A stretch of DNA of 64,000 nt. It comes from Pecten maximus. Taxonomy: Eukaryota. Below are positions 11,233 to 24,190 of this stretch, piece after piece. Each line of letters opens with the position of its first letter. The stretch's first letter is position 1. The stretch is from the NCBI RefSeq assembly GCF_902652985.1, contig NC_047033.1:22630001-22694000 (forward strand). Direction: 5' to 3'. The notes beneath the pieces are model-generated. The model was not told where the DNA came from and made no database searches. It saw only the letters and a program-made list of their open reading frames with translations. Position numbers and translations under genes: made by a program.

Positions 11233-13310
11233 AGTGTACCCGGAACGATTTGCTATATTAAGCTTATAAAATGTGATTAAGGATGGAACTCAAAATGCTG
11301 AAAGGGCAACTTTCATAGCGAGTTTAGGTGACCTCTGACCTGTGACGTCACAGGTTTAACGGGATCAGAGCCGCCATATAGGAAATATATAGAAACAAAC
11401 GTGAACACGTGCCTTCAATTAATGCGAATTAGACAAAAATCTTATAAGTGCTGAATAACCTTTTTGAGTTATATTTGTGAATAAGCTAATAATAAGTGCT
11501 ACCGAAACCAGGGACATATAATTTTCAAGTATAACGGGCCGTATACAACATGTAACATTTCACTAATTTTCTATTAAAACCTGCCGTAAACGATATCAGA
11601 AACATGTATTATATATATTTCTGACAATATGTATCATCTAACTAATATTCTATTATAATGGGCCAAATACAACGAGTATAATGTTACTAATTTTCTATCA
11701 TAACGGGTCGTATATAAGATACCGCTATTTGTGATTGTCCGGTAATTGTCCGAAATTGATAAAACTTCACCATGAAATAGAGTAAATTTTCAACATCGTG
11801 GGTATATGAATGAGCTAACTTAGGTTAATTATTCTATAGGCAAACATTTGCGATACGAATTTGGCTTGCTTGTAGGGAAAACGAAACTCACTGAATTGAA
11901 AAAATTATCTGTTTGATTTTAACGAAATATGTATTTCCTATAGTATACACGGAATTCTTAACAAAATTCAAGCTCAATCTACGTACAACCTGTAAAAGCA
12001 TATCTTCGGAACACTTTTGATGTGCATGGAAACCAAACGCGTCAACTCACAAGCAATTATCGACGCGTGCCGATTAGAACGCCAGAAATCACAGACACCT
12101 GTGGTGCAGTGACAGGTATGACGAGCTTGTGGACCGTAATTTCACACCTGGTAATTGTGTAGCGGTATACTAACCAACTCAAAGTTGAGTATACGTAATT
12201 CTCTGAACATTTTTGTATATTATTTAATTTCTGTTTTAACAGAAGACATGACTTGCGACACACGAATGGAAAGTAAAATCACAAGGATCTCAATCACTTC
12301 ACAATAATAACACAATTATAAAAAAATCACCAAAAAAAACCCAAAAAAACCCCAACTAGAACACTTTAATCATTGCGATTTCAATAAGTTTTAGTATCTA
12401 TTATAATTAGTCACGGTGAACTAAATTGTAGGTCTAAGTTTTTTCATCATAAAAAAAACGGAGCTATAATATTATTATGGTTTTAATAAGTACCTATGTA
12501 ATGCACCTGTACGTTAACTATCAATAATAGTATAATTGTTGCGAAGCACCTTTACATAATTTCACTGACAATGATCGTATGTATATCTTTCTCAAGTATT
12601 TAATCATCGGTAATCCATGAGACCATGACATGATAAAATACGGGGGGAAATCTGTATCGTTGTAGGTTCCAACACTGGTATTCATACGGCAGAGATCTAG
12701 TCTATATACTATATTATTTTTTGAATGATTAAGTGTCCTTCATGACTAAAAGAGGGTTTTGTATAGAATACAAAGCATACGTTTACTGTCCGTGTGTATC
12801 GTCTTGTCTCACAAACCAGAGTATCCAGAACTGTTGTATTGTTGGCATGTTTATTGAATATTAATTTGTTAATAAACTGGCACATTATTTGATAAAAAAA
12901 TGTTGATGCCGTGTTAATTAAAATGATTTATTTTCTTAAAAGCTCCAACTGATATTGTTGGATTCCGACTTCTTCTTGTCGGCAATATTCGCCAAAGTCA
13001 TCAACCTCAAATCCCATGTCCAGATCGTATTCAGATATGTTTGTGTTGCTACTGTTCTCACTGTCGTCTATACTACTGGCCACCATTTCAGTTACTGCGT
13101 TAAACATGTGACGTCACAGACTGAAGAGTTCCAAATCAGCGTGACTGACCGATACGCTGATTAGCAGTCGACCGACAGGTGAAAAACGCGTATTTCGAAG
13201 TGCGATATCTCGGCACTCGGTCAACTGATTTTGATGCGGTTTGCGACATTCTTCTTTGGTGGTTACATAGAATAACATATGTGAATGTCGTTTTTCGTTC
13301 CGGATACACT
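11233..13310 (-). mobile_element. Kolobok-like non-autonomous DNA transposon
   Basis: 16-bp TIRs AGTGTACCCGGAACGA (11233-11248) and TCGTTCCGGATACACT (13295-13310), 15/16 match. Flanked by TTAA (11229-11232) and TGAA. 5'-AG termini with a TTAA target fit Kolobok. Confidence 0.65.
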
Positions 13311-13964
13311 TGAATAATCAACTTTTTTATATCTCGGTTCATTGACTTTGACACAGATATATAATAACAAACCCTAAATAATACAAAAATTGTATATACA
13401 TTGACAGGTGACATCAGTTTTTCCTTACGTCCTTGACCTTTTACCTTATGATGTATCATTGTGAACATGTTTACCGAATTTCATGTAAATCGGTCAATAA
13501 CTGATAGGCGAGAACTTAATTTGTGCATGATTATTGCTAAGGTGCACACGTATCTCCGATATTTGGACGTTTGATTAAGACAAATTCTTGTCATTTCTAC
13601 AAAGAAAGATTTCAAAGAATTAGCTAAATTTCCCTTATTGGCACCTCCCAGCAGGGACCCCGGTGCAACTACTTATACGAAATCAATGTTCCCATCCCTC
13701 TGATAGTCATTAAGTGACCACGTTACGAACATTATTTTTCATAAAGCAAAATGAAATATAGCAATATAGCCAGATTGTTCCCTTTGGTCCCGCCTTTCAT
13801 CCCAAAACATCTGTAAAATTTTGCATCCCTCCGCTCGGAAAACTAACAGTCTATTGCAAATTAAATAACATTCCAATCATTTGTTAAGAAGTCCTTGAAG
13901 AAATTGTTAACGTATGGATAGGCGACAGATACCACGGTATGTGTTCACCTTATCATTCGGTTTG

Positions 13965-14270
13965 GTTTGGTACTGTTTAATGTCCTATTAACAGCTAAGA
14001 TTATTCAAGGACGGTCTCTCCCGTGTGTGAGAAATGCATGTGTGTGGTGAATGAGTGTTTTGGGAGGTTACGGCATGCTCGTGTTTGTCTCCTTGGGATA
14101 GCGTGGAACTGATGGCGACTTTATAGTGCTGTCTCATAGAAGCATACTTTTGACACCAAGCAGTACGCCCCCACCCGGTCACATTATACTGACAACGGGC
14201 GAACCAGCCATTCCACTCCCAAAACTTTGAGCGCTAAGCAGGAGCAGAAACCACCATTTTCATAGCCACT
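13965..14270 (-). mobile_element. Meta-SINE-like copy
   Basis: Reverse complement of the family blocks, e.g. 'acccggtcacattatactgacaacgggcgaaccag'. Confidence 0.75.
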
Positions 14271-17200
14271 GGGAAGTAAGTCTTGAATTCTTTAGATATC
14301 TGCTTGTTAACTAGATTACAAAATAACATCAGTGTTCACTACACTACCCTAACCATTTTGTTCCTACAAAAGTTCAACTACCAACTACCAATACATTGGC
14401 ATTGTGGAATAGAGTAATCGTTCCATCACTCTACTAATAGGATGCCCCCTCCCCCCACCCCCTACGGACCTGTTTCCTTGTTAATGGATTACATTAACTA
14501 TGCTTTGATTTAATCGTGTCTTCACGTTTCAGTTACACTGGTTTATGTAATATGACGTCCTGGAAATACTCGCCATTTTTCATTTAGATGGCACATACTT
14601 AGTTATATATATGAATTGGTCCCAAATGACTTCTCAATGGGAGGTTGCGAAATAAGTTAAAATGGTTTTAATCTTGAAAGTTAAGTTTAAAATCAGGTCG
14701 TGAAAGATAAGAGGTCGCACTGGCGGCGCAATCTGCCGTTTCATTACCCGAGAAACGCTCACCGACCGATATAATACCGGAATAATGACACCTATGGGTA
14801 AACTTGTAGTGAGGATATTCTTTTCGAATGTAATTAATTATTTGATTTCTGCTGTTGAGTATAGGTCTAAGGTAGAATATGAATAGGGACATAGTTTCAA
14901 TATACCAGTTGGTTCTTATGTGCTCATAATATTATAGAGAGCATGGACAGAGGCCTCCGATACATCAATCATTAGTAGTTCGATATATTGACTGTGTTAA
15001 CCTTGTTATGGAATTTTGGCATGTAATGTATTGTTTTAAGACCAATCGTGTCATTTAAGGCCAAACAACACCAGATTAGAAGAACGTTCATAGAAAGAAA
15101 CGCATCAAACGTAGCCTAAAACGTTCAAAAAGTTCAAAATCTAAAAATCACTCATATTAAAAGAACTGGATACTAAATAGATGATATTTATGAAGAAGAT
15201 AATTAGGCTGTGAAATAACCTGAATATATTTTACGTAATTCGAACGTCAAACGCAGAAAGAAGGTTATATTCGAGTGTGTAGCCCGATGGCAGCATTAAC
15301 ACTGATAAAATGATAATTAAATGAAGGTGGAGTGATCATTAATACTGGTATACATGAGTTTAGTAGCAATAAAATATGACAGGATACATGTGAATGATTA
15401 CTAATATCAATTTACATTTACATGTTAATATTTCCGCTCTTCCAGGAAGACATATTTTCATTGCCTATGGCATCAACCAAAGGTAAGGAAGCATTGCATT
15501 ACGTTAGCCAGTAGGGCATTTTGCCTTTTGTCGCTATATTAAACGATTACTTTGTATATTTCATGATACAAGTGCGTATTTGATATACTGATTTACCCAT
15601 TAACTTATTTTTTTGTCTACGTTTGATACTTAATAGGGGTTCCAGGGAAGGGAAATGAATGGGAAGAAACGAAAGATATCATTTACATAGGAGTAATGTA
15701 TGCTCAAGTGTGAACATGTACGTGAGGTAATGAAATTGAGAGTTAAACGCAGAACCCAGAAAAAAGCGTCTCCCCCACCGACATCGCAGTATAAAATGAG
15801 GGGTGTACTGCCAGGTGTCTTCGGCAGTATGCTTCAGTAAGGTAGCACTATAAAGTCGGCATCAGTTACGCGCTATCGCAAGGAGACAAACACGAACATA
15901 ACACAACCTCCCAAAACACACACTCTCGAGATGCGCATGATGCCATTTTAGAACTAATTGCCTCTAGTGACCTTTCATGCAGTGTTGATTGATCGTTGAT
16001 TTAACCATTAACTGATTTCCGAATCGGGTTAAAAGCTAATGAATGCGGACAAAATAAAAGTAGAATAACATGAACAGCGGCATAACGAGAAATAACAAAC
16101 TGTTTTTTACTTCTAGGCCGAATACTGAAAATAGAAACGAAAGAAAAATAAATCTCCGGGCAGATCAACTGAAAGAGTAAATAAGGGAAATAGTGAAAAA
16201 CGTGCTACCATTCCCTGCAAGTATGAGATGAGTGTTGTATATGCTTTATTGCTTATACCGACAATTTGCGTCATTTGTCATTTAGGGCCAATTCACAACA
16301 GATTAGAAAGACGTTCACGGAAAGAAATACATGAAACTCAAACGAAATGAATCATAAAATGTTTGACAGTAAAAGGTTAACAAAATGGAGGATTTTTCTT
16401 ATAACTGTTGGTGGCATATATATGGCCAATGCGCAGATACGAGAGGACAACTTCCTCTCGCAAATTAACGTTTACCACCCCTGCCAACATTCATAAGTTG
16501 AACATCGCACAGTTTGTTTTTCCGTTTGTGACCAAAGATCCTGACAGTTCAATTCAATCAGGTTCGTTGTCAATGGTTAAACATCGGAATATGTCTTTAA
16601 GGTAAGTTCTGCCTCTCGTTTCCAGTAAGTATTCCTGCGAAAGAAACGTTTCACACACTTTCTCCTAAAAAGAAGTCTTCCAAAAGTCATTGAAAACATG
16701 CTAGTACGAAGTTGTACAAATATTTGCACTTTAAACTGTACCTGTTTAAATTTGCACCTCCCTCCCCAAAAAAATTGTAAAATGCCACTATTGTGCTGTG
16801 ACACTTCTTTATGAGGTTATATTCTTCTTGATAATTCTGTAGTTTTAGATTCTGCGAGGTTACAATGTAAATAGTACACCGAACAATGCAACGGTTAAAA
16901 TAGATATCAAAGGACACGATAATCTCTTATCTTATTTGGCACAAAGAGAATACATCACTAAAAATCGGAGGTCATTTAGTGCGCTTTAATGTACTTCATG
17001 TTCCGTGTGCAACAACTATTCTCCAGCAGAACGTATTCGCAAATATATTGATGAAAATAAGATTACAATCGTACCTAGGCAGTAAAACTTACGAAAATGC
17101 TGACTTTTGTTCCGTAGAAAAACCTTTCGCTGTATTAATCTATCTTTCAGGTTTGAACGTCCTAGTAATAACCATAGTCTCATGTAGAGGAGTGGCTAGG

Positions 17201-18778
17201 GAGACACAATACATTTTATTCGATGTAATTATCTGCAAATTACAAGAAACAGTTTCTTTTTGGTCTGTACCAGAAGGTATGTCCCGTATGAGTTACCATA
17301 GCCACTTTTATCATTTTAAACTATATAATAAATGTAAGAATATAGAGTTTTTGTTTCCTTTGTTTCGTTTGTTTAATGGTGTTTTTATACCCATTATTGG
17401 ACCTAATGATTTTAACAATGATGATGGGCCGTTAAGGAAGTAATAACCTACAAACGGTCTTTCTACGACTTGTTGAGGTCTCAGCATACCAATTAATCGT
17501 TTCATGGCTATACCATTTTGGCTTTACAGGTACATTAGAAGCCGATGCCACATTATCCGTGAACCAAACTTTAATCTTTGCCCAGCACACCTCAAAAAGC
17601 TACATAAAAAAATAAATAAATAAAATTATTGTAGTCATGTTGCGTAATTTGTTGGCAATCTACATCAGAATGGTGTAAAAATCTAATTGACCTTAAGTAT
17701 AAATTTCCGTTTGAGAAATCTTGCAGTTAATTTTGCGAAAGTCAAGTTTATTCAATATCATTATACAATCAGGCGTCAATGAGAGACAGATAACTTGTTA
17801 TGTTTACTGAGGACGTCTTCCTTTTCGTAACGACGGCTAATTATAACTTACGGGATGTTGAGACCTGATCATGAGCTGTTTCTGACCATGTAATGGATTT
17901 TAGTGATAAAATCTTTATTAAGCGGCAAAGGGAAAGTATATGGCCTCTGAAGTTTGCTGTTTTGCTGATGATTAAATATTCCATATGTTATATGCCAGAC
18001 ATTTTAATTTTTTAATGTTACTAATATTTTAGACTCAAACAGATTACAAGACAAAATGCAACAAGAAAGATAATTTTCTAATTTCAGATTTTCATACTCA
18101 ATGTTCTAGCACGAAATATGTAAATGATCAAGTTCGGTCACGTTCGGATCCTCGTCATCTGAATGAAATATTAAGATTTAAAATAGACTGCACAAGACGT
18201 TATATAAAAGTAGCGATACTTCCGATAAGGATTTGAAGAATTGAAGGTACCACTTCAACATGTTAGGGTTAAATACACATTAAATCAAATTTGCTGTAGT
18301 GTCGACCCCTTTGCATCCCCCCCATCGCAGTAATTGTAAAGCTATATCACTTGTCTAACAACAAAACATATCATTGGACTTGTAATACATAGTAAGGTCG
18401 AAAACTAAGAAAAATAAACAAACATTTAAACATTAGCCAGACACTACCATCATTAGATTATTACCACGATCATTAATTGTCAGGGTAAACATGTTTAAAT
18501 CAATTTTTGCATTTTGTCTATGAAGTTGATAAAATCAATACTATCTACATCGTGTTTTCATTTGTGATAGCTATGCTCTCACGACCCCATCACTATTTGT
18601 CCGGGGAATCTGGAAATACCATGTACTCTAACCCTTTGTTCTGAACGAGGTCATGTGCAACCTCCAAAATCTAATCATTTGTCGCTTTAGATTAACAAAT
18701 AGCCTGTACACGAGCTTTCAATCAGGTGTAGACTTTAATGGACGGACGTATGCACAGACATGTGCGGTTACTAATGTA

Positions 18779-20110
18779 CATGATGTTTAAATAAAAAAAA
18801 AATGCGCCAACATTAAATGATTATAATATTTTTTTTTTGCAAAATCATAATTGCATCAAGCAAACAGTTCAAGAAAGCATATAGAGTCACAACTTGTTTA
18901 AATATGAACCCCAGATGTAATCTTGGTTGATGAAACGATAGATTAATTGAAGCAACCTCATATAAATGTAAAATTTTACTACTCAAATAGTAAATCTCCA
19001 AGATTGGTGAATAAACTCATCAGAAGGAAGTATCCAGATGTCGAACTTTTCTGTCGAAAACAAGTTTTTATAATTGTTTTAAAGTATGAAAACTATGGAA
19101 CAATTTCTGACAGAAATAAAGCAAACATCGTCAGAATCCGTGACTTCATAGCCAAAAGTCATGTATTCAGAGGGTTGAATGGCAAGTTTTTCGTCTGTAA
19201 AACTGATTTAAAATTTAAATTGAAGCTGATACCATATGCAATTTTAATTACGCAACATCTGAAAGAAGCAGACATTTCTATTCGCAATACATTTACCATG
19301 TGGATACATGAACATTCAAACACTAGCGACATTAGTTGGTTGTCTAATGAAGCGAAATTTATCCTTGGTGGACAAACTAGCAAGCCGAATATGCGATTCT
19401 TGGGCACAGAAAAGCCAGACTTGTATGCCGAGAAAACATTGCACAGTCAGAAAGCAACTGTTTGGGCAGCAATTAGTAGTTCAGGAATCTTTGGATCATT
19501 TTTTTCATGAAAAAAGATGGTGAACCGCAACTTTGACATCAGAGTGTTATTTGACTTCGTTGAAAAAAGGGCAGTTCTGAATAAAACAAAGGAAAATTAT
19601 ATGCAACAAGATGGCTGGCTGTTCGATACATTTCGATACAACTTACTATCACTGCTCACTGTATTTGAATGGCCTCACACACGCACTTGATTTGAATCCT
19701 TTAGATTTCTTCCTTTTGGGTGACCTTTATGTGTATCATGTGTATTCCCCACCTCAAAAGATATTGATTAACTTGAAACAGCAATCAGAAGGGAAATGAA
19801 AAGAAAGATTCCAAGCGAAACTTCGTAAAAATGTGACAAGAAAGTTAAGAGAAAGATTTAAGTTAGTGATGGGACAAAATGGTGGCCACCATATTAGTGA
19901 AATGACGCTGATTTTCAAAAATATGTAAAATACATGACTTTTTAAAAATATCTTGTGTTTAAAATTATAATTGTGAATGCCGAAATTATAAACTAGTCAA
20001 ATTATATTAATGTCATTGTTTGAAAAAATCTGCAATTAAATAAATGTGCATTTCCATTTCTAGTTTCGATTGAGGTTTAAAGTGGGGGCGTGTTTTCAGA
20101 AGCAACATAT
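18779..20110 (+). mobile_element. Degenerate Tc1/mariner transposon, copy 2 (same family as 7478-8869)
   Basis: Same left end TA|catgatgttt. Shared peptides LVNKL.R.KY and WIHEHSNTSD, plus HSQKATVWAAISS and DLNPLDFFLLGDL. Confidence 0.88.
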
Positions 20111-20405
20111 ACGGGAGATGGTGCGGGTATAATAACGCTAGAAAGAATAAAAATAGTAACTCATCCGGAGATTATTGTTTGGCTGGTTTTTGTGTTGTTT
20201 TACGCCCTATCGACAGTTTAAGTCCTGTACAGGGCCAGCTAACAACAGGAATAGGATTTACTAAAAACATCAAACTAAACCACAAACTAAAATGAATAAA
20301 ACTTTAAACATTAAGATTTACACTCATTTAAAACATAATAAAACATTCAGTAGATATTTATATATCAATAACACAGAAAAGATGGACAGGTACTTATTAC
20401 GCTCT

Positions 20406-21296
20406 GGGGCCGGTTGTTCGAATGTTTATTAAAAGATAATGAATTAAACTTTCATTAAACCTTTATTAAATGTCATGACGTCAATCAATGGTTAGCGGCT
20501 CATTAAAACTTAATTAAAACACCGATATTTAAAAATGGTTGGGGGCATTATTAAACCATCATTATTGAAAATGGCGATAAATATCATGTTTGATATGCTT
20601 AGAGGAAAGCGCAGTCAGCTATCCCATAGAGATTTTCCCTTGTTGGATGATTATACCGAAAACCAAGTCCGAGAGAGATACTGGTTTAGTCGAGAAAACA
20701 TCGTTTTTTACAGCAAATTTAGTAAGAGATTAACTGGAGAGAACTACGAACAGGAGCAACGCCCTCTCTGTTAAAATGTAGGTAATAACACCAAAGTTGT
20801 AACTTTTTACTTATATAGTCAGCCAGGGAATATATGTGTGTTTCCTTTCATCACTTCTATGTACTGAAAAATAGGTATGATGTGACATTGGTGTGGATCG
20901 ATGTAAGAGACACGGGTATTAATTAGCATCGGTACTCCAGTATGGGAAATAGGTATAACGGAGCCGTGATAAGACAGGGATGGGCCATCTAAACAGCATG
21001 GGTACCATGAAAATTTCCATTACAAATTACTTAACAAATAAATTGCTGTATGCATACATGGAATGTTTGATAATTTGAAGAAAACAAATACATATACACG
21101 TACATGCATGTTTGATTGTAGTCATAACAAGTCTTCATTAAACCTTAATTTGTTAATGATCCCTCGAATGACATTTCCAACAACACATTTTAAATTATTC
21201 ATTTACTAATATATCTTTAGATATTTAATAAATCAATAATACTTAATGATACTTTAATAATGGTTTAATTTAATGAACGTTCGAACAACCGGCCCC
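20406..21296 (+). mobile_element. PIF/Harbinger internal-deletion derivative
   Basis: ~28-bp TIRs ggggccggttgttcgaatgtttattaaa / tttaatgaacgttcgaacaaccggcccc. Internal remnant LDDYTENQVRERYWFSRENI followed, after a frameshift, by LERTTNRSNALS resembles the HARBI1-type transposase N-terminus. Confidence 0.85.
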
Positions 21297-23702
21297 AAAT
21301 CTACATAGCTACAGCATTTTATCTTAGTAACATTGTAAATACAGACATATGGAGGGATCGATCTCCGTAAGGGTAAGAGGAAATGACGTGTGGAACTATC
21401 TTAGATGGCGTTTCCTCACACAAAGTCGATGCTAACGATAGACATCAGAGGAAGATTCCGGAGCTTGAATGTTACATGCTAATCTTTGATGGATTCAGAT
21501 CTTTGGATGAAAATGTTGATTACTGTTAATCCTAACGATTTTTAAAAGTCGGAATCACACATATAAGGATGTATTAAGGACATCAACATATAGATGTTCC
21601 GTTTCATTGCGACAAAACACTAATATTCAATGTAAGGCAGACGGGTAGAGATCTAGAACACATGGAAGTATCCATCAATACTTCTCCCAAAATCCACTAC
21701 ATCTCTGTTCTTACTCAGACTGACCTTCGTAGACGAACAAAACAAGTACTTATAGTGACCCCTTCAGTCTTTATATGGAAAGGGATTACCAAATAAAAAT
21801 CATCAGCGATATGATATTAGGTATGGCTTCTCGAGTGTAACAAAGCATCAACTACGATGAGTTGATATAAATTCCAGCGAAAAAAGAAACCATTGAAAAC
21901 GCAAGATTATTTGTGGCCTCCCTTCTTCCTCAAAACCACCACACCAATAGAGACTATTAAAAGGTGCACGCAATGTGAACATATAACAAGTGTAATTAAG
22001 TAAAATATGTTTTATATACATACAAATAAACGTATAGAGATAAATGATAACCAAACCAACAATTAATAGTTATGGGCAAACATAATAAATATTCTTTATA
22101 CAATTATATCGGATGATTTAGGGGGATACCAATGTAACTCCCGGTAAAAACCGTGGCCCAGACAGTATTTGCTCGCCGTGGAAACTTTTCATATTCTCGC
22201 GACTTTAATGTCCCTGTTTTCTTCATACCGTGTATTTGATATTACATGAATATTATTAATACGAAATAAATCGAAGCAAATCTATTAAGTTTGAAGCATT
22301 GTTTCACTGTCTTTATAATAGAAGATAAAGATGTAAATAAATCAACATATGTATAAAATGGACATAGTTAACTGAAGAAAGTATCATATTTCACTTACGT
22401 GTTGTACGCCGTAACTGTGGGCGTCTTAGTTTTAACAGAAAAATCTATCAAAGTAATTAATCCTATAACCAATAATGACAAAAACAGATACCCTACATGA
22501 TGATCTGCTGTAGCCGTTTTTGTGGTTTCTTTCATACATGCTAAAAACAACGAAACCGAATGGATTGCATTATATATGACAATATCGCCAGAAAAGGGTT
22601 GAGGATACTTCTTTCCATCGTCATCTGATATCATCAAGGCCTAATAAATGTAGTACATTATAAAACGGCACCTGATGTACATTTTAATGCAAACAGCAAT
22701 TCAAGCAGCAAAGCTTACCCCGAAATGAGTGGAATCAACTTCATTATTAGTCTATACCAAGAGTTACAAGTGATGATTAAATGCTTTTATATCGCAGATG
22801 AAACAAGAATAAAGTCGATAATTTCTTACATCGAAATCACAAAAATAAATAAATGAAAATGATAATGCTATCATATAGTGCAGTTTTCACATTGTTCAAT
22901 CTGCCAAATACAGGGAAATGATCGTAACACATTCCTAAGCTACTTCGTATTGGAATTCTTTGAGATGTTAAACCTTTAGAATAATCAAGAAATTTGTGAA
23001 ACGTGATATTTATGAATAAATCGTGTGGGTGACAAAGGGTGCGTGCACGTCAGGTCACAGCTGCTGACATATCAGTTAACACCAGCTGAATCAGTGTCGG
23101 AGGCGAAAGTGGATATATTTAATGTAGCAGTAGCGACTGAGCTGACTTAAAATATAAGACTCATAATGACAGATTTATTATCTAAACCTGACATCGTAGG
23201 TTGTGTGTGTGTTCAAAGAAAAGCACGAAGGTCGTGGAGAAGGTGATACGCTGTCATCGATTTTCTGTCGTATTATCATTTGCTTCGATACACGTTTGAT
23301 ATGTAAGTCCAGAACCCTATATGAGTATGTATGTGCTGTTATCAACTTTGTTTATACAAAAAAACAAGAGTAACAAGTCAAGCATATTTCTGTACAAAGA
23401 ACCAAGAGAGAGAGTAATATAAGATATCGTCTTTATCGTGTAAATTACACTCCAGTTACTTCTTTTGATAAAGATCCATCGACGTCATTCTTTTTTAAAA
23501 TTTCGGATGGATTTTTGTTTTAGATTAATGTAATTTGACCAAATCACATTATTTGTTGATCGGTCAAATTTTATATAAATAACACTTAAAATATTCACAT
23601 TACAATAGTGTTTAAATAAACAAAAATACAGAAATAATCAAAATATCCTCGATATAATGAACGTAAAATTTACGTATTTTCATTCGGTTTACTAGTTCGT
23701 TT

Positions 23703-24190
23703 CCCTGCAGGTAGGTCTATTACATGTTCGTTTGCGGCGACTATATCTACGAGCTTATATTTTTCTCTCTTTCTTCGTCCTAATGTCTCCCTTGATTTCA
23801 GCCTTTAGATCAGGGTTCGCCTCTGTGAGGAATGCTTTGGGTTCGGGCCGTTAAGTCTCTTATCAATCAATACATAAAAACCCCTGGCCAAGACATACCA
23901 GAGTCTATAAAATGGTAGTCACTTATATTGGAAGTGGGTCGACTGGTCAGCCCGTTGTCAGTATAATGTAACCAGGTGTGGTTCTGCTCGTGTCGGCAGT
24001 ATACTTCAGTGAGGTAGCACTTTAAAGTTGGCATGAGTTCCGCGCTATCCCAAGGAGACAGACACGGATATACCGCAGCCTCCCCACCCTCACATTTCGG
24101 TCAAAACACCCCCTCACGTTTACCACACGCGTGTATTTCTCAGAGGAGGCCGTCCTTAAATGATAATAGCTGTTGATATGACTTTAAACA
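23703..24190 (+). mobile_element. Near full-length Meta-SINE-like copy with 5' leader
   Basis: ccctgcaggtagg leader, degenerate tRNA head, family core blocks, tail 'gtccttaaatgataatagctgttgatatgactttaaac'. Confidence 0.8.

Noticed and set aside
16979-17443. 154-aa single-exon ORF
   Set aside because: It has a GTG start and no recognisable motif. Only the internal splice-bounded 17151-17276 segment was kept as a candidate exon.
21300-21950. L2/CR1-group LINE remnant on the minus strand
   Set aside because: Only faint 'ADD' and C-terminal hints, too degenerate to support without a search.
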